DNA from: a virus
Lineage: Duplodnaviria; Caudoviricetes
Virus record (IMG/VR): IMGVR_UViG_3300020042_002183
Coordinates: 1-52,659 of that record
Length of the DNA stretch: 52,659 bases
Strand: one strand, 5' to 3'
Shown here: one piece after another, positions 42,257-51,998 of the stretch
How positions within the stretch are numbered: the first letter of the stretch is position 1
Layout: each line of letters begins with the position of its first letter
Translations under genes and position numbers: made by a program
Notes under the pieces: model-generated
What the model saw: only the letters and a program-made list of their open reading frames with translations
What the model was told of the DNA's origin: nothing
The model's database searches: none

Positions 42257-44719
42257 TTATGCTGTTACATAGTCCAACGGGGACTTTTTGGCTGGGGGCG
42301 GCAAGTCTTTTGGCTTTGTAGATCTTGCGCGTTCACGGATACTGTGCATCATGTCGTAGAGTTTATCTGTTCCAGCCTTGGTTGAGCCGTTGCCAAGTGC
42401 GGAAACCACATCAGCAGGGAAGACAAACTCGCCGTCAGCCAGCCATGCGGGAATGTCATCAGATTGGCCGTCACCCTCACCTGCGACATGCTTGCCGTGT
42501 TTAAAGTTCTCCCGCCCTTGACTGACAGTTGGCAAGACTCCGCTGGCGTTCAGGGGCATGGTTTTGCCGCCACGAGCCATCAGGGGGGATGCCATGATCG
42601 CTCCACCTCTTGCTGCCAACGCCGTTGGTTCAAAATCTTGAGAGTAAGGCGATGGTGAATATGGGCTGAGTGAATCCGATTCTACGGAGTCTGCTTTTGC
42701 CATCTCAACTGGTTGTCCGTAGTTGTAGTACGGGTTTTCAGCAACAAGGGGATCAACAGGATTCACGGATTCGTTTGAATCTCGATAAGTCTCTGGGCTG
42801 AATTGTTTGGTCATCATTTTTGCCAAGTCACCTTCTCCGCCTTGGCTTGTTGCTTTTTGGACTGCATAAAGCTGAGAGAGTGGGTCGATGAACTTATCTT
42901 TGGACAACCCAATGCTTAATAATTCATCCCCTAAAGGATTGTCTGTGGGCAAAGCGCCCTTTTGCGTACCAAGCTGTGCGCCAGCACCGTTAAAAATACC
43001 GGGCAACGATCCGCTTGATCTTGAGTTGCCTGTTGCGCCGCTTGTCCCTCCAGTGTTTTCTTCTCCGTAGAACCCAGAAGAGTCAGATCCTCCGCCAATA
43101 GAGGGATCGGGGGCGGTATAAATACCAGAACCCCCCACCGATGGGCTTCCAGATCCGCTAAATCCTAGACCAGACAGCACCGAGTCAAGCGCGTTGGCAA
43201 TACTGCTTAAATTTGAAGACTCGGGAACTCCTGTAACGGAATTAACTGCGTTAGAGATTTCGCCGCTGATTGCCCTGCCAGCGCCGCTTACATTCATTCC
43301 CAAACCAACAAGCCCCGGACTTACCCCTAAAGAATTTGCAATAGCGCTGGTCAACGCAGATGTTGCCGCACTGGATGCAGCTTTTCCGTAGTTTCCTTCA
43401 ATCATCCCCGAGACAACACCCATCGGGACACCGAAGTGATTTGCAACCATAGACAACCCAGCGCCAAGTGCTGTCTGTCCTATGGTTGATTTTCCAGAGA
43501 TTAAGCCGTCAGCAAGCTTGGCAGCATTCATCATTAAACTAAAACCGGGCGGAGCTATTGCGCCTACGATAGTTGGGAGATATTGAGTCAAATAGTGGTT
43601 AGCCGTCTGCGACGCAAGAGCTTGATCTATCGTCTGACCCGGAAAGCCGGGGACATCCTTCCCACCATAGCCCATTGCCTGCATTGTTGCCAAGTCGGCA
43701 TAGCTAACCCCCGGACTATGCTGTGGGCCAGTGGCCCCTAAGCCGAAAGCGGTTCCAAACCCTTCGGTGACTGCCATCATTGCGTCAAGCGGGTTCATGC
43801 CCGTGATTGAAGCCAAGGTATTAGCCGCACTGACCGCCTGAGTGTTGGTTAATGGGCCGTCGTAGGCTTGGCTTATTGGGGCTGTGCTGGGTGCAGCAGG
43901 GGTCAGGCCAGTACCAACCGTATCGGCTAACCCCGAAGTAAACCCTCTGCCGTCCCCCAAATTAGCGCCTGCTGCTGCGTAGCCAGCAGAGGCATCAATA
44001 GAATCAATATCATTTACATCCGCAGAGGGATCAGGGGAAGAACCAAAACTACGGCTACCGCCAGTCGTATTGGCTAACCCCGAAGTGAACCCCGTGCCGT
44101 CTCCAACAGCGGCTCCTTGAGCCGCGTCAGCAGCAGCCGCTGCGGCTGCATCAGCGGCGTTAGAGGCGGTTTCGCCGGGGTCGCTTACGCCGTTGGAGTC
44201 AGTGTTAGAACCACCACCACTATCGCTGCTGCTGCTGTCACCACCACCGCTACCGCCATCACTGCCACCGTCACCGCCGTCACCCTGATACGAGGGGACA
44301 TTCTTAGGGCCGTAGTGATCGTGCTCATCCACGCCAGAGTTATGGATGTCCATCCTCTCCAAAAACTCGGCCTGCTCATCCGTCACATAGACAAGACGAG
44401 CCATGGGGTGATCTTCAGACGACTTCCACTTTGCAGGAACGTTTTTAGCAGCTTCTCCGCTGCCCGTTGTGTTTGACACTTCTACATCGTCAGTAGCAAA
44501 AAACGGCAGTCCAGACGGGCCATCAAAAGTTGTCAGGGGCTTTCCGCTTTTCTCGCCCTGCTTTTTCAGCAGTTCGATCTCTTCCTCAGTGATGTACGCC
44601 AGATGCGTCTGCAAGCCATTGTTTGGCTCCCAGTACCTTGGGGCGGATTTGATCTTGTGGTCGCTGTACCACTGCGAACTTGTCCAAGAACCGTTTTTCA
44701 AATTCGATGTATTTTTCAT
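42257..44719 (-). CDS. Ejection-type protein with two LAYIT-like modules and a C-terminal GDGQSDDIPA..GEFV domain
   Basis: 820 aa; LAYITEEEIELLK..GPSGLPFF and LVYVTDEQAEFL..GPKNVPSY; VAGEGDGQSDDIPAWLADGEFVFPADVV. Confidence 0.65.
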   Translation of the reverse strand: MKNTSNLKNGSWTSSQWYSDHKIKSAPRYWEPNNGLQTHLAYITEEEIELLKKQGEKSGKPLTTFDGPSGLPFFATDDVEVSNTTGSGEAAKNVPAKWKSSEDHPMARLVYVTDEQAEFLERMDIHNSGVDEHDHYGPKNVPSYQGDGGDGGSDGGSGGGDSSSSDSGGGSNTDSNGVSDPGETASNAADAAAAAAADAAQGAAVGDGTGFTSGLANTTGGSRSFGSSPDPSADVNDIDSIDASAGYAAAGANLGDGRGFTSGLADTVGTGLTPAAPSTAPISQAYDGPLTNTQAVSAANTLASITGMNPLDAMMAVTEGFGTAFGLGATGPQHSPGVSYADLATMQAMGYGGKDVPGFPGQTIDQALASQTANHYLTQYLPTIVGAIAPPGFSLMMNAAKLADGLISGKSTIGQTALGAGLSMVANHFGVPMGVVSGMIEGNYGKAASSAATSALTSAIANSLGVSPGLVGLGMNVSGAGRAISGEISNAVNSVTGVPESSNLSSIANALDSVLSGLGFSGSGSPSVGGSGIYTAPDPSIGGGSDSSGFYGEENTGGTSGATGNSRSSGSLPGIFNGAGAQLGTQKGALPTDNPLGDELLSIGLSKDKFIDPLSQLYAVQKATSQGGEGDLAKMMTKQFSPETYRDSNESVNPVDPLVAENPYYNYGQPVEMAKADSVESDSLSPYSPSPYSQDFEPTALAARGGAIMASPLMARGGKTMPLNASGVLPTVSQGRENFKHGKHVAGEGDGQSDDIPAWLADGEFVFPADVVSALGNGSTKAGTDKLYDMMHSIRERARSTKPKDLPPPAKKSPLDYVTA

Positions 44720-44733
44720 TTCACATCTCTGAT

Positions 44734-44994
44734 TTAAGTTGATGCTGGGTTCACTGCACCCATGAGAGCAATTGCCCAGTCATGCCAATTAAGGAACCCC
44801 TCTGTCGAGGGTGCACCTTCATTTGCAAATACATCAATTGCTTTTAAGCCGTTACCCCACTCACGCCAATCCGTAGTTGCGGAAGGAATCATCAGTTGTT
44901 GCGGAGCGTACAACTCGCACATCAAGCTTGCCCACGACTCAAAGGTGTGGTTTCTTGGGTCGTACAGCAGACCAATATTAGTAACCACGGACAT
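44734..44994 (-). CDS. Hypothetical protein
   Basis: YDPRNHTFESWASLMCELY...WHDWA; ATG at 44994 after GGAG. Confidence 0.65.
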   Translation of the reverse strand: MSVVTNIGLLYDPRNHTFESWASLMCELYAPQQLMIPSATTDWREWGNGLKAIDVFANEGAPSTEGFLNWHDWAIALMGAVNPAST

Positions 44995-47900
44995 CTCCAA
45001 AGTCAACATTGGCAATAATTTTGCCGACCTGATAATCCCCGCCAGAGACATTGCTCACAAAGCGAAGGCGAAGCTCTCGACCCTGTTCACGCATGTCAAT
45101 TTTATTGGTATTGGGATCAAAAGGATAGGGGTCGCTTGTGGTGTCCTCTGCCTGCGCATAGGGTCGGCTTATGACAAAAAGCTCCATCTCGCCATCTTGG
45201 ATAAAGTCAGGCTCGACACGCTCAATGTGCAACCAACGGTTTTCGCCAACAGGGGACATTTGAGCAGGCCCACCAGAGACCCAGCCCAAATCGTTTGTTT
45301 CAAAGAAACTCTCGATGGCGTTGGAGTTGACTCCGTACACCTGATCCGTGCCTGTCTCGTGCCGCCACAGGGATACAAAGTCGCAGGTAGAGTCGATAAT
45401 TCCAGCAAAGTTGGATGACGGGGAGCCGGGGATCGTTGCCGTAAAACCTTGCCCAGCGGTGTAGCCCGTGCCCTTGTTGTTGACCACAAGCTTGGTGACA
45501 GTGCCGCCAGAAACTGTGATGGTGAGAGTTGCCCCAGTTCCGGGGCCACCCACCGCAGCAATGTAGGGATAGACACCATCCGTGTATCCAGCACCCGCTG
45601 CCGTGATCGAGGCTGTGTACATCCCGCCCGTAGTATTGATCTCGTTTGAGGCAATCACTGGGAAGCGGAAAACCTGAGAGAAGTACCCCGCAGACCGCTG
45701 GGAACCCAAGGCCGTACCAGCGTCGTACCAAGTCTTTTCCCTGATGTTGTAGATGATGGCATCGTTGCACTCTGTTGCGTCACCTCGGGGGTAGAACCAC
45801 CACACCTCACCAAACCGTGGAACTTTGGTCGCCCAAACTTTTTGACGCTGGTCATAGTTCAGGTTGTCAAAGAAGTAATTCTGGTTCATGGTGTTCGGGA
45901 CTTCCTGAACAACACCGTTGTACATGAGGAATCGGTCAGTGCCGATCCAATAGTAGATGCCGTCATACTCAATCACGCACTGAGACGACATGATGGACGA
46001 CTGGCTGGAGATGATGTCATAGCGCCAGTACTGGGCAGGCGTTCCCACACCGCCAATAAAAGACACGCGGATCAGGCTGTCAAGGCTCCAGAACAGGCCA
46101 GAAGGCGAATTTGAGCCACCCCTGACGGGTAAGCCCTTGACAATCTTTCCAGCGGCTACATTGACCTCGTTTGCGTCTGCGCTGTTCCAGTCCGTAGGGT
46201 CACCGGCAGAGCAGTTTTTGATCAATCCTGCGTTGCCGTACACAAAGACATAGGGATGCAGGGCAACCACGCCGCCGCTGACTTCAATAAAATTGTTGGT
46301 TGGGTTAGCGCCGCCCGTGTCCTTCATTGGAGCCATGGTCGTGCCTATGACTGGCCCAAAAAACACATTGGTGTCGGTGGTGCTGTCTATTTGGTTCAAG
46401 TTTTGGCCCGGATGCGCCAAAATATCGTTCACCCCACCCGCCACGTTGTACAGCGTGTCCAGTTGCCACAAATTGTTGACACTTGGGGTGAAATCATTTT
46501 CCGCCGTGTTAACAGCAATCTGAAAGCCTGAGCTTGCGTAGATTGATCCAACATTGAACTGAAAGCCTGAGCTTGCCGTGGTCGCCAAAATTGCAAACTG
46601 AAAGCCGTTGCTCTGCAAAACCGATGTCACAGGGATGCTAAAACCTCCTGCGCTACCAAGCGATGCCACATTAAACTGAAATCCAGAACTTGCGAAGGGG
46701 GCGGTCAGGACGCTTGTAAACCCTGAGCTTGTCACCACGGTTGCCACAGGGACTGCAAAGCCACTGCTTGCATAGGCTGCTACGACGGGAAAGGAGAATC
46801 CAGAACCAGTGCCACCGATGTTCGATGCGTTGGCCGACATCAAGTTTCCAGCCACATACCCAATCCCGCGATCTACCATGGTGACAGTTGTTACCGCCCC
46901 GCCATTAACCACAATATCAGCGGTTGAAAGGCTACCAGTGCCGCCAATCAACGACACGCCTGTAAAAGTGGCAACGCCAACCGTAGCGACAGGAACCGAA
47001 AACCCTGTACCTGTTCCGCCAATAAAAACTGAACTTACGGTCAACGAATCAGCAATCGCGTATCCATATCCCTTGTCTTGTGGGTTGACAAACGTGACAG
47101 CAGTAACAGCGCCTCCTGAAACAACAACTGTTACGACAGCGCCAGCACCAGATCCTGTCAAGCTGGTCACAGGAACACCGACGTATGTGCCGTTGACGTA
47201 AGTGTTGCCGGGAATAATTGTGCCAAGCGTTGCAATGCCGTTGCCTGTGTAACCAGAGCCACCGCTGATGGTTCCGATAGTGTTGATGCCATTGCCAATG
47301 TATTGGGCAAGGCAAGACATGCTGTTTGCCACTACATAGTTGTTACCCTTGTTGGTGATAGTGATTGCTGTCACCACATTGCCAGCCACGGTGATTTGCG
47401 CTGTTGCACCCGTGCCTGCACCACCTGTTAAGGGTACGTTTGTCCACACGCCGTTGGTGTAGTTTGTTCCTGCGGTGATGGCTCCAAAAGTTGCTATGCC
47501 GTTGGTGTTTCCGCCAATTGATGTAGCGGCAAACGACAAAGTGTCACCTACTGTGTACCCAACACCCCTGCTAGAAATTGCAAATGCGGTTACAGCACCA
47601 ACCGTGACCGTGATGTTGGCAGTTGCCAACTGACCAGTTCCGCCCGTCAACGGAATGTTGGGGTAAGTTCCATCAGGGTAGTTTGCTCCAGCGGTGGTGA
47701 TTGCGTTTGAGTTGACACCATTTCCGATAAAACTGGCAAGGCAGGTAAGCGTGTCGCCCACGGTGTAACCAGTGCCGGGTTTTGTCATTACAACTCCCAC
47801 CACGGTGTTGCCCGAGACGGTAATTGTTGCCACAGCGCCAGCGCCCGTGCCACCTGTCAGGGGAACGCTTGCAAAGCTTCCATTGGTGTACAAAGTGCCG

Positions 47901-50095
47901 CCGACAAGCGCAGTTCCGCTACCTACACCGTTGGTCACGCCAGCAAATGCGGCCGTAAGGTTGTCTGCAACAGCGTAGTTCACGCCGGGTTCTACCAGAG
48001 TCACATTGGACACAACTCCGCTCGTGATCGTTACGTTGGCCGTAGCTCCCGTACCCGTGCCACCCGTCAAAGGTGTGTCCCTAAAGATACCAAGCGCCGA
48101 AAGGGTGGTCGAGGTGACTGTCTGTGATTTGCTTACGTTGTATGAGCCAATCCCGCCAAATAGCTTGTATGTCAAGCCTGTGGGCGTTCCTGCTGTAGTC
48201 ACCACCGCAACACCCGACAAGGTTGTCAGCTTAAATGTGGTGGTTCCGTTGGTGTCGGAAATCAGGTAAGAAGTTGGATTTGCGTACCCAGTAATGCTTC
48301 CAGTGCCGCCAAACGTTCCGCTGATGGTGACCGTGTTACCTACTGCCAAAGTGGTTGCTGTGCAACTGAATTGCCCAGCGACACCAGTGATCACCACGGA
48401 TGCCAAAGTGGCTGTAGGCGTTCCGTAGGAAGTGATTGTGGTATCGGGAGAGACGTTAGTGCCCGTGATGGTTTGACCAAGGACATAGGAGCCTGAAGCC
48501 ACCGCAGTGATGTTCATCACGGTTCCAGCAATGTTTCCAGTGCCTGTTGCGGTGGTGGAACTTGTGTAAAAACTACCGCCAGTGATGCCGCCAAGGGAGC
48601 CAATGATGCCGCTCTTTTTGCCTATGTCGTCAGCAGGAGCGCTAAGGATGTCGCCTGCGGCATAGCCAAGTCCGTCGTCGGTCAACACCACTTGGGTCAC
48701 GGAGCCTGTGGTCACAGAATTGACCTGACACTGAAATCCAGTCGAGGTGGTGATGGTTGCTGGCGCTGCCTGAAATCCTGAACCAGAGCCACCAAGGTTG
48801 GTGTTGCTTGCCGTCAAGGTGTCGGTCACTGCGTAGCCAATACCCGCATACGACACTGAGCATGCAATGACAACGCCACCAGAGATCGTGATGGTTGCAA
48901 GAGCCAGAGAGCCAGTTCCAACCGTGTTGGTCAGTGGGACGTTTGAGTAGATCCCGTTGGGGTAGCCCGATCCAATGTTTGTTACCGAAATGGTAGCAAT
49001 GCCATTACCGATGCTGGCCGCAGTGGCCGAGAGCACATCGTTTGCAGCGTAGTTGTTGCCGCCCAAGACCATGGTGACATCAATAACATTGCCACCCGAA
49101 ACCGAAATGATGGCAGTCGCCCCAGTTCCAGATCCACCCGTGAGCGGAACATTTGAAAAGCTTCCGTTGGTGTAGTTTCCGCCGCTGACAATGTTGTACA
49201 CAGAGTCAATTGAATTTGTTCCAACGGTGACAGTTCCCTTGGCTCCAGAACCCGATCCTCCAATGAAAGAAACATTTGTGTAAGTTCCAGAGGTGTAGAA
49301 CTGACCGCCAACCAAGCCGCCGTAGGTGCTGATGATGCCGCTGCCGCCGCCAATGAAGTTGCTGGCGCAAGTCAAAACATCGTTCACGGTGTAGCCAACG
49401 CCAGCATTTTGAATTGCCACGCTGGTCACAGCGTTGCCAACCACCGTGATGTTTGCTGTTGCGCCAGATCCCGCCCCGCCTGTTGACGGGGAGCCTGATC
49501 CATAGGACAGCGGGACAGAAAGGTAGCTTCCATTTCCGTACAAAGTGCCGCCAACCAACGATGTTGTGGTTGCGATACCGTTACCAATTGATGCAGGCGC
49601 TACTGACAGCGTGTCGAGGTACGAGTAACCGTTGCCACCATTTACAAGCGTAACCGCTGTCACAGCATTCCCTGAAACAGTCATGTCAGCAGTTGCGCCA
49701 CTGCCAATTCCTGTCACTGTTGTGAGGGCGATGTTTTTGTAAGTCCCGTTTGTGTAATTTATTCCGCCAGCAGTAATTGCTGACAAGGTTAAGATCTTGC
49801 CGCCGAATGTAAAGTCACTGGTAGCCGATCCGACACCCACGTTGTTTAACGCAACAACTTGCAAACCATTTTCAAACCCGCTGTAAACACGGCTCAAACC
49901 AGAGGTTGAGTCTTGAAAAATGCCGCGAGATGGGCCTGCCAAATCATCGGTAATTTGCGAGTATCCAAGCATCTTTCTGGGTCGTCCACGCTGGAACCGA
50001 ACCCATTGACCATCAACGTAAAAGCTCTTGTCAAAGACAGTGCCGTCCCGCTGGATTCCAGCAAGCGTGTCTAGAGCAAAGACTTTTTCAGTCAT
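44978..50095 (-). CDS. Tail nozzle / DNA-stabilisation-type protein carrying a nested repeat insertion of about 1100 aa
   Basis: N-terminal WVRFQRGRPRKMLGY and C-terminal YWIGTDRFLMYNG..FGEVWWFYP..IIYNIREKTW core, interrupted at about aa 100-1198 by G..Y.NG.Y..VPLTGG.G.GA.A repeats. Confidence 0.75.
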   Translation of the reverse strand: MTEKVFALDTLAGIQRDGTVFDKSFYVDGQWVRFQRGRPRKMLGYSQITDDLAGPSRGIFQDSTSGLSRVYSGFENGLQVVALNNVGVGSATSDFTFGGKILTLSAITAGGINYTNGTYKNIALTTVTGIGSGATADMTVSGNAVTAVTLVNGGNGYSYLDTLSVAPASIGNGIATTTSLVGGTLYGNGSYLSVPLSYGSGSPSTGGAGSGATANITVVGNAVTSVAIQNAGVGYTVNDVLTCASNFIGGGSGIISTYGGLVGGQFYTSGTYTNVSFIGGSGSGAKGTVTVGTNSIDSVYNIVSGGNYTNGSFSNVPLTGGSGTGATAIISVSGGNVIDVTMVLGGNNYAANDVLSATAASIGNGIATISVTNIGSGYPNGIYSNVPLTNTVGTGSLALATITISGGVVIACSVSYAGIGYAVTDTLTASNTNLGGSGSGFQAAPATITTSTGFQCQVNSVTTGSVTQVVLTDDGLGYAAGDILSAPADDIGKKSGIIGSLGGITGGSFYTSSTTATGTGNIAGTVMNITAVASGSYVLGQTITGTNVSPDTTITSYGTPTATLASVVITGVAGQFSCTATTLAVGNTVTISGTFGGTGSITGYANPTSYLISDTNGTTTFKLTTLSGVAVVTTAGTPTGLTYKLFGGIGSYNVSKSQTVTSTTLSALGIFRDTPLTGGTGTGATANVTITSGVVSNVTLVEPGVNYAVADNLTAAFAGVTNGVGSGTALVGGTLYTNGSFASVPLTGGTGAGAVATITVSGNTVVGVVMTKPGTGYTVGDTLTCLASFIGNGVNSNAITTAGANYPDGTYPNIPLTGGTGQLATANITVTVGAVTAFAISSRGVGYTVGDTLSFAATSIGGNTNGIATFGAITAGTNYTNGVWTNVPLTGGAGTGATAQITVAGNVVTAITITNKGNNYVVANSMSCLAQYIGNGINTIGTISGGSGYTGNGIATLGTIIPGNTYVNGTYVGVPVTSLTGSGAGAVVTVVVSGGAVTAVTFVNPQDKGYGYAIADSLTVSSVFIGGTGTGFSVPVATVGVATFTGVSLIGGTGSLSTADIVVNGGAVTTVTMVDRGIGYVAGNLMSANASNIGGTGSGFSFPVVAAYASSGFAVPVATVVTSSGFTSVLTAPFASSGFQFNVASLGSAGGFSIPVTSVLQSNGFQFAILATTASSGFQFNVGSIYASSGFQIAVNTAENDFTPSVNNLWQLDTLYNVAGGVNDILAHPGQNLNQIDSTTDTNVFFGPVIGTTMAPMKDTGGANPTNNFIEVSGGVVALHPYVFVYGNAGLIKNCSAGDPTDWNSADANEVNVAAGKIVKGLPVRGGSNSPSGLFWSLDSLIRVSFIGGVGTPAQYWRYDIISSQSSIMSSQCVIEYDGIYYWIGTDRFLMYNGVVQEVPNTMNQNYFFDNLNYDQRQKVWATKVPRFGEVWWFYPRGDATECNDAIIYNIREKTWYDAGTALGSQRSAGYFSQVFRFPVIASNEINTTGGMYTASITAAGAGYTDGVYPYIAAVGGPGTGATLTITVSGGTVTKLVVNNKGTGYTAGQGFTATIPGSPSSNFAGIIDSTCDFVSLWRHETGTDQVYGVNSNAIESFFETNDLGWVSGGPAQMSPVGENRWLHIERVEPDFIQDGEMELFVISRPYAQAEDTTSDPYPFDPNTNKIDMREQGRELRLRFVSNVSGGDYQVGKIIANVDFGDVRGY

Positions 50096-51321
50096 TAAAA
50101 TACGCCCCCGCTAACACCCCCGGTGAACGTGCCCGAGCCATTCACGACAATACCGTTAACCGTTACAGATAGACGCTGTGTGCCAATCACGGAGAACGCC
50201 ACAGTGTTTGTGGTGTAGAACATACCCGTGTTGGTTTGCGCTATAAAGTTAATAGCGGGTGAGGCGGCTGTTCCAGAAATTAGAGAAATAGCCGTTGCAC
50301 CAATTTGCGTGGTGTTGGCGTTAAAAAAGTCCACGCCATCGCAGATGACCGTCACTTGCGAGGAGGGCGGTACTACCACGCCAGTGCCCGTTGCGGTTTT
50401 TACGGTCAGCGAGTTGCCGCCTGCGGATGTCTGGTTGCTGATGACATATAGATTCACCACGGGTGGGTAAACAATTGTCACTGAGGACGAGAGCGTTCCA
50501 GTAATCTCTTGGATAGTGTTTGCGGCTTCGTTGGCGGTCAGGGTGTATGAGCCGCCTGTGACCGCATAAGACAAAGCTGAGAACGAAAAGTCAGTGGCTT
50601 GACCGTAGCCAACGCTAAGGTAGTCAGTCCCAGTACAGACGATAAACGCAGAGTCACCCGGCTGGAAGAGCTTGGTTGCACTGCCGTCCAAAAGCTGTCC
50701 GCCAGATGTGTTGACAGTCAGCGTTCCCGTACCAGCGTTGCGAACCATGACAAACCAGTTGTCACCAACCACGTTTACCAGTGGAAGCGTAATGGTTCCT
50801 GCACCGCCAGTCCAAACATGCATTTCCGCACGGTCTGAGGAAACAAAAGTGTCATTGTTCGCAATGTACGAAACTGGATGGCTTTGGTTCAGTGTGGTGG
50901 ACTGTGCCACCAATCCAGCACCAGCCAGAGTTGTCGCATCAGAGGATGAAGTCCCTGTGCCAAAGGCAATGATGCCCCATGTGCCAGCGGTTGTAGCGTT
51001 GGTGGTGATGTAGATGTACTGCGCCTGCCCCGCAGCAACAGAGATGATCGTGTTGCCAGCGTAGTCCACCACGGTAAATGTGTTTGCGCCAATATTGCGA
51101 ATCAGAGCGTCTTGACCAACCGAAGCTTGGTTGGCCGGTGGCATGATCAGCTTAAGGCTACCCACTGTCGCCGTGATCTGCATGATCCGGGCGGCGTAGT
51201 TGACATTTGGCTCACTGTTGATAGGCCACTGTAGCTGGGTGTCTGCCGAGATTGTGTATGAAGCGTAACTTACGTCGGTTGGCTGTACGACGTTACCGCT
51301 GAAGGGGCTGTTAAAGCTCAT
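50095..51321 (-). CDS. Tail structural protein
   Basis: 408 aa Thr/Ser/Gly-rich, with repeated beta modules (LP......G.W...RN.GTG.LT). Confidence 0.7.
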   Translation of the reverse strand: MSFNSPFSGNVVQPTDVSYASYTISADTQLQWPINSEPNVNYAARIMQITATVGSLKLIMPPANQASVGQDALIRNIGANTFTVVDYAGNTIISVAAGQAQYIYITTNATTAGTWGIIAFGTGTSSSDATTLAGAGLVAQSTTLNQSHPVSYIANNDTFVSSDRAEMHVWTGGAGTITLPLVNVVGDNWFVMVRNAGTGTLTVNTSGGQLLDGSATKLFQPGDSAFIVCTGTDYLSVGYGQATDFSFSALSYAVTGGSYTLTANEAANTIQEITGTLSSSVTIVYPPVVNLYVISNQTSAGGNSLTVKTATGTGVVVPPSSQVTVICDGVDFFNANTTQIGATAISLISGTAASPAINFIAQTNTGMFYTTNTVAFSVIGTQRLSVTVNGIVVNGSGTFTGGVSGGVF

Positions 51322-51953
51322 GAGTCCACCACCATTGCTTGTCTATCGGCAATACGAAGCTTGTCCTCGACCATCAGCGCTTGCATGATGCCTTGGTACT
51401 GCTGTTGCCATATTGGAATCCTGCTGTCGTTCTTGAGGAACGGCATGGCTTGCAAAAGTGAGCCATACAGCAGGGCTTGAGGAGCGTAAATAGTGAACCA
51501 GTTGACTTGATTGGTTGAGTCCAGAGGCTGCACACGCTCGTAATAAATGACCTCGTAGGTGTATCCCGAGTTGGGGGTTGGGGCTACCAGCCAGTGCGTG
51601 TAGTCGTAGTCGCAATAGAACTTGGGAACTTCCGTTGCCGTAGCGTCAGGCCAATACTCGCGCATGTACTCGTACTTGCGAAGCAGGATTGGCTGGCGAC
51701 TGCCTGCAACCGTCACATTCATTGACACTGTTTTATGCCACCGCGCAGGCTTGTCAATGATCGGGGAGCTTGCCACCATGGTGCTGCTGTTGACAATCAG
51801 GTTTCCAAGAAACTTAATCTGGCTGGCAATAGTCTGTTCCGCCAACATGATGAACAAAGGAATTTTGTCAAGAGTAGCGGTATCGGTGCGCTCCAGATAA
51901 GACTGGATGTTTTCGACCAATGAGTCGTAGGTCATTACGGCGGCGACTGTCAT
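51318..51953 (-). CDS. Head-tail adaptor (tail tubular A-like)
   Basis: MTYDSLVENIQSYLER...IPLFIMLAE...APTPNSGY..E..YY...NWF...APQALLYGSL. Confidence 0.7.
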   Translation of the reverse strand: MTVAAVMTYDSLVENIQSYLERTDTATLDKIPLFIMLAEQTIASQIKFLGNLIVNSSTMVASSPIIDKPARWHKTVSMNVTVAGSRQPILLRKYEYMREYWPDATATEVPKFYCDYDYTHWLVAPTPNSGYTYEVIYYERVQPLDSTNQVNWFTIYAPQALLYGSLLQAMPFLKNDSRIPIWQQQYQGIMQALMVEDKLRIADRQAMVVDS

Positions 51954-51998
51954 TTTGCGACACCCTTTCTTTTGTTCATTTTAGGTGGTAAGTGCGCT

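Noticed and set aside
46502-46774. 39-nt periodic array as CRISPR, VNTR or DGR repeat
   Set aside because: It is in frame, conserved at protein rather than DNA level, has no spacers, and no cas or reverse transcriptase gene is present.
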